NCBI GenBank assembly: GCA_028288925.1
Contig: JAQGHG010000019.1
Location: 8,047 to 72,046, forward strand
Source: Patescibacteria group bacterium
GTDB lineage: Bacteria; Patescibacteriota; Saccharimonadia; UBA4664
Direction of reading: 5' to 3'
DNA: 64,000 bases
Below are positions 61,296 to 64,000 of the stretch, in pieces (the first letter of the stretch is position 1; each line of letters starts with the position of its first letter). A model generated the notes under the pieces. That model saw only the letters and a list, made by a program, of their open reading frames with translations. It was not told the DNA's origin and made no database searches. The position numbers and the translations under genes were made by a program.

Positions 61296-62075
61296 ATGAA
61301 ACTAATGACGTATAACATCTTGAATGGCGGTGGCGACCGGCTCGGTTTGATAGCAAAAATAATTAATGAGTCTTCTCCGGACTTTCTAACTATCAACGAA
61401 GCAAATGGTTTTGATGAAAACCATAACAAAAAACTCAAAGACTTGTCCCATGCTACAAACATGCCCTACTACCACCTCGCGTTATCAGGTGAATACGATT
61501 ATCACGTTGCCGTTTTGTCAAAACTCCCTCTGAAACACATAGACGAGCTGCATCCTATGATGAGAGCCGGCATATCAGTGGTACTTGATTCGGACATAGG
61601 TGAGATATCTATAATTGGAGCACACCTCACGCCATATTCAGAAAGTTTACGGTTGCCTGAGATCAATCTGCTAATTACCAATCAAAGGGGACACGCCAAC
61701 CGCATCTTAATGGGCGACATGAATTCACTTTCCAAGAATGACAACTATTCTCATTCCATCGTCCAATACTTCAACGAGCCACAGCTCAAGCAGTTTACCA
61801 AAAATGAAAACTTACAATTTGAAATCATCGAAGCGATTGAGGCGTCAGACTATGTAGACGCGGCAGTAGAACTTGGGCGGCAAAGTGAGAATACGCTACC
61901 GGCTTCCAGCAACAAAGATATAGCCCATGCGAACACTAGGCTTGATTACATTTTTGTTTCCCCATCTCTCAAAAGTAAATTAGCCGGTTACTCGGTTATT
62001 AAAAATGAATTGACCGAGCAGGCATCTGACCACTACCCTGTCTTAGTTGAGCTGCGGCTTCGAAGTATGCAATAA
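61296..62075 (+). CDS. Endonuclease/exonuclease/phosphatase (EEP) family protein, encoded in a low-GC (about 42%) segment
   Basis: N-terminal MTYNILNG and C-terminal SDHYPV motifs of the EEP fold. Its composition is strikingly different from the flanking sequence. Confidence 0.8.
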   Translation: MKLMTYNILNGGGDRLGLIAKIINESSPDFLTINEANGFDENHNKKLKDLSHATNMPYYHLALSGEYDYHVAVLSKLPLKHIDELHPMMRAGISVVLDSDIGEISIIGAHLTPYSESLRLPEINLLITNQRGHANRILMGDMNSLSKNDNYSHSIVQYFNEPQLKQFTKNENLQFEIIEAIEASDYVDAAVELGRQSENTLPASSNKDIAHANTRLDYIFVSPSLKSKLAGYSVIKNELTEQASDHYPVLVELRLRSMQ

Positions 62076-62151
62076 GAGTCCGCCCCCGCGATTATTGACT
62101 TATCTGATACCATCAGGTACACTGATCAAGTTATTTCAAGGAATATTCGTC

Positions 62152-62406
62152 ATGTCATACGCATGCGACATCACCGGCAAAGGGAAGCAATTCGGTAACA
62201 ACGTACCGTTTTCCCAGAAGAAGACCCGCAAAGTCTGGAAGCCCAACCTCCAGCCCAAGACCATCGTGTTGAACGGCCAAAAGGTACGCCTCAAGCTCGC
62301 GACTTCGACTATCCGCACGCTCAAGAAGTGGGAGCGCGAAGAAGTGGCTAAGGCCGCCAAGCGTGAAGCTGCCCAGCTAGCTAAGCAAACCCCCGCTACT
62401 GCCTAG
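62152..62406 (+). CDS. rpmB: 50S ribosomal protein L28 with a C-terminal Lys/Ala-rich extension
   Basis: N-terminus MSYACDITGKGKQFGNNVPFSQKKTRKVWKPNLQ… with an AAGGAA Shine-Dalgarno sequence 8 nt upstream. Confidence 0.85.
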   Translation: MSYACDITGKGKQFGNNVPFSQKKTRKVWKPNLQPKTIVLNGQKVRLKLATSTIRTLKKWEREEVAKAAKREAAQLAKQTPATA

Positions 62407-62420
62407 TCCCCTGCTGCATC

Positions 62421-62449
62421 AAAAAAACGCCCCATCCGGGGCTTTTTTT
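62421..62449. terminator. Bidirectional Rho-independent terminator
   Basis: AAAAAAA – GCCCC atcc GGGGC – TTTTTTT, positioned between the convergent rpmB and NUDIX genes. Confidence 0.7.
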
Positions 62450-62465
62450 GATGCCTGCCTAATGC

Positions 62466-62881
62466 CTAATCGATCAGGCCCTGCGCCTTGAGGCGCGGAA
62501 TCACCTCGTGTTCGAATATCGAGCCTGTCTTGATGCCCTCAAGCTCAGACGTGACCCAGCGGATCTCCTCCACTTCATTTTGTCCGGCATCGGCTCGCCC
62601 TGCCACTTCTTGACCACAAAGAGATCCATGCGTAGGGACCGGTGCTCCTGCCCAGCCGCCGGCGCATAAAACGTCCCGAACTCTTCCAGGTCGGCTTCGT
62701 CTACAGTGATGCGAAACTCCTCCATGAGCTCCCGCACCAGCGCCTGCCCCACGGTCTCGCCTGGCTCAACTTTGCCACCGGGGTTCAAAAACAACGTTTT
62801 GCCCTCGGACCGCTCCAGCAAGAGCCGCCGGTCACGAATAATGATGCCGCCGGCCTTGTGAATATCCACCTTCCGCTCCAT
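62466..62881 (-). pseudogene. NUDIX hydrolase with an apparent -1/+1 frameshift near 62578-62590
   Basis: Nudix box GGKVEPGETVGQALVRELMEEFRI in the first frame. The natural C-terminus (…EVEEIRWVTSELEGIKTGSIFEHEVIPRLKAQGLID) continues in another frame after an A4 run. Confidence 0.65.
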
Positions 62882-62886
62882 ACCGG

Positions 62887-63513
62887 CTAGGCCCCGGCGC
62901 GCGTCAGCAATACTACCTGCGTCTCAGCCGGTGCTTCTTTGGGATTAACGCGCAACTTACTCTCGGGCTCAGGGCTCACGCCCATCTCCTTCAAAAACAG
63001 CTCCACGCTCGCTTGTGGTACCGCATATGTTGTAATTCCGTCATCATAATGCACCGGAACCACGTAGCCCGGCTCTAGTTGAGCCACTACCGCGGCCGCG
63101 CCTTCGGCGTCGAGCGTCAGGCCGCCCCCGCCCACCGGCACCACTAGCACATCCACCTGACCCAGGTTTTCTATCTGATCCTCATCGAGCTTGCCAGCGA
63201 TATTGCCCGCCACCACCACATTCACGCCGTCGATCTCGATGCTATACACCGACCCCCGGTGCCCAGACTCGTCCATGTGCAGCCGCGCCGGCACGCCCGC
63301 GATCATACTGCCCTTCACCTCGTACTCGCCCGGACTGTCGATCAGCATGGCACCCGGCAAGGTGCGGTAGACTTCACCTTCGCCCTCGGACACATGCGCC
63401 GACCACGTCACTACATCAGCCTTGGCCTTCACCTCGCCGGCCGGGTCACACACCACCGTGAGATTCTTGCCCACCAGCTTCACACTCCCCGCGCCCAAAT
63501 ATGTAATATCCAA
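62887..63513 (-). CDS. MBL-fold metallo-hydrolase (UlaG-like small family)
   Basis: Beta-lactamase-fold motifs (…TWSAHVSEGEG…, VVPVHYDD). Confidence 0.7.
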   Translation of the reverse strand: MDITYLGAGSVKLVGKNLTVVCDPAGEVKAKADVVTWSAHVSEGEGEVYRTLPGAMLIDSPGEYEVKGSMIAGVPARLHMDESGHRGSVYSIEIDGVNVVVAGNIAGKLDEDQIENLGQVDVLVVPVGGGGLTLDAEGAAAVVAQLEPGYVVPVHYDDGITTYAVPQASVELFLKEMGVSPEPESKLRVNPKEAPAETQVVLLTRAGA

Positions 63514-63526
63514 TTGATACCTCCCG

Positions 63527-63952
63527 TTACTGCGTTAATCGTCCGCGGCCTTGAACCGCCGGCGCACTTGTTACACTCACATACTCCCCGAACTTCACAT
63601 CACTATGCGCCAGGGGCTTCTCCTGCCCGTCGATCAATACGATCTTCTTGGCCTCCAGCACACCGGTGATGAACCGGTCATTCAGGCTCAACCGGTACTG
63701 ATACTCATCCGGCGTCAAAACCGAATAATTCAACTCGCGGCCCATTTCCTTCTCCGTATCTCCAACTATCTTGGCCAGCCGGGTCTTGTTCACATCACCC
63801 ACTACAAAGATATCGATGTTGGTGCGGCTATCACGCGTAAACGTCCCGGTCAAAAACGCGAACGTGATCGCTCCCGTGGATCGCAACCGCTTGATGATCT
63901 TATCCTCCTCCCGCGTCTCCTTGACCACCGGATCCGTAGACTTAATAGGCAT
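63527..63952 (-). CDS. Hypothetical protein, possibly a minimal nucleotidyltransferase fold
   Basis: The segment …GTFTRDSRTNIDIFVV… resembles the G[ST]…D.D nucleotidyltransferase motif. Weak. Confidence 0.4.
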   Translation of the reverse strand: MPIKSTDPVVKETREEDKIIKRLRSTGAITFAFLTGTFTRDSRTNIDIFVVGDVNKTRLAKIVGDTEKEMGRELNYSVLTPDEYQYRLSLNDRFITGVLEAKKIVLIDGQEKPLAHSDVKFGEYVSVTSAPAVQGRGRLTQ

Positions 63953-64000
63953 GGTAGTAAAGATGCTCCGCAGCTGCTCGTAGTACTCGTATTTGGGGTT

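Overview
The window is a gene-dense, high-GC (roughly 60%) bacterial chromosomal segment with coding on both strands. Overlapping start and stop codons and the gene content suggest a compact or reduced genome; this is an inference from the sequence alone. The content is mostly housekeeping and cell-envelope functions. RNA genes that the ORF track cannot show: two tRNA-Pro genes (anticodons CGG and GGG, both with encoded CCA), a tmRNA (ssrA, about 379 nt) with its own promoter and terminator, and a bacterial RNase P RNA (rnpB) that several spurious ORFs overlap. Recognisable protein genes: a UvrD-like helicase fused to a PD-(D/E)XK nuclease domain, translationally coupled to a SprT-like HExxH peptidase and an unknown 310-aa protein; argS; smpB; a GT39 (PMT-like) glycosyltransferase next to a lone PilB/GspE-type ATPase; a trehalose catabolic cluster (GH37 trehalase, GH13 glucosidase, ROK kinase); an LCP (LytR-CpsA-Psr) protein; guaB; lepB; an FKBP; a CDF (cation diffusion facilitator) transporter; MFS transporters; VKOR (vitamin K epoxide reductase); three GT4 glycosyltransferases plus a polyprenyl-phosphate sugar transferase; galT-like; comM/yifB; DUF4446, bactofilin and DagK; infC-rpmI-rplT; rpmB; carAB; def; a MOSC protein; an M50 protease; and five NUDIX hydrolases, including a tandem pair. 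Three low-GC (about 42-45%) segments look horizontally acquired: (i) an islet at the 3' end of ssrA carrying a HigB/Gp49-like toxin, a long XRE-type antitoxin and a translationally coupled unknown third gene, a TAC-like tripartite layout; (ii) a GNAT plus TrmB-regulator segment; (iii) an endonuclease/exonuclease/phosphatase gene. Three genes (an MFS transporter, an EamA transporter and a NUDIX) carry apparent +/-1 frameshifts. No CRISPR array, rRNA or transposase was recognised.
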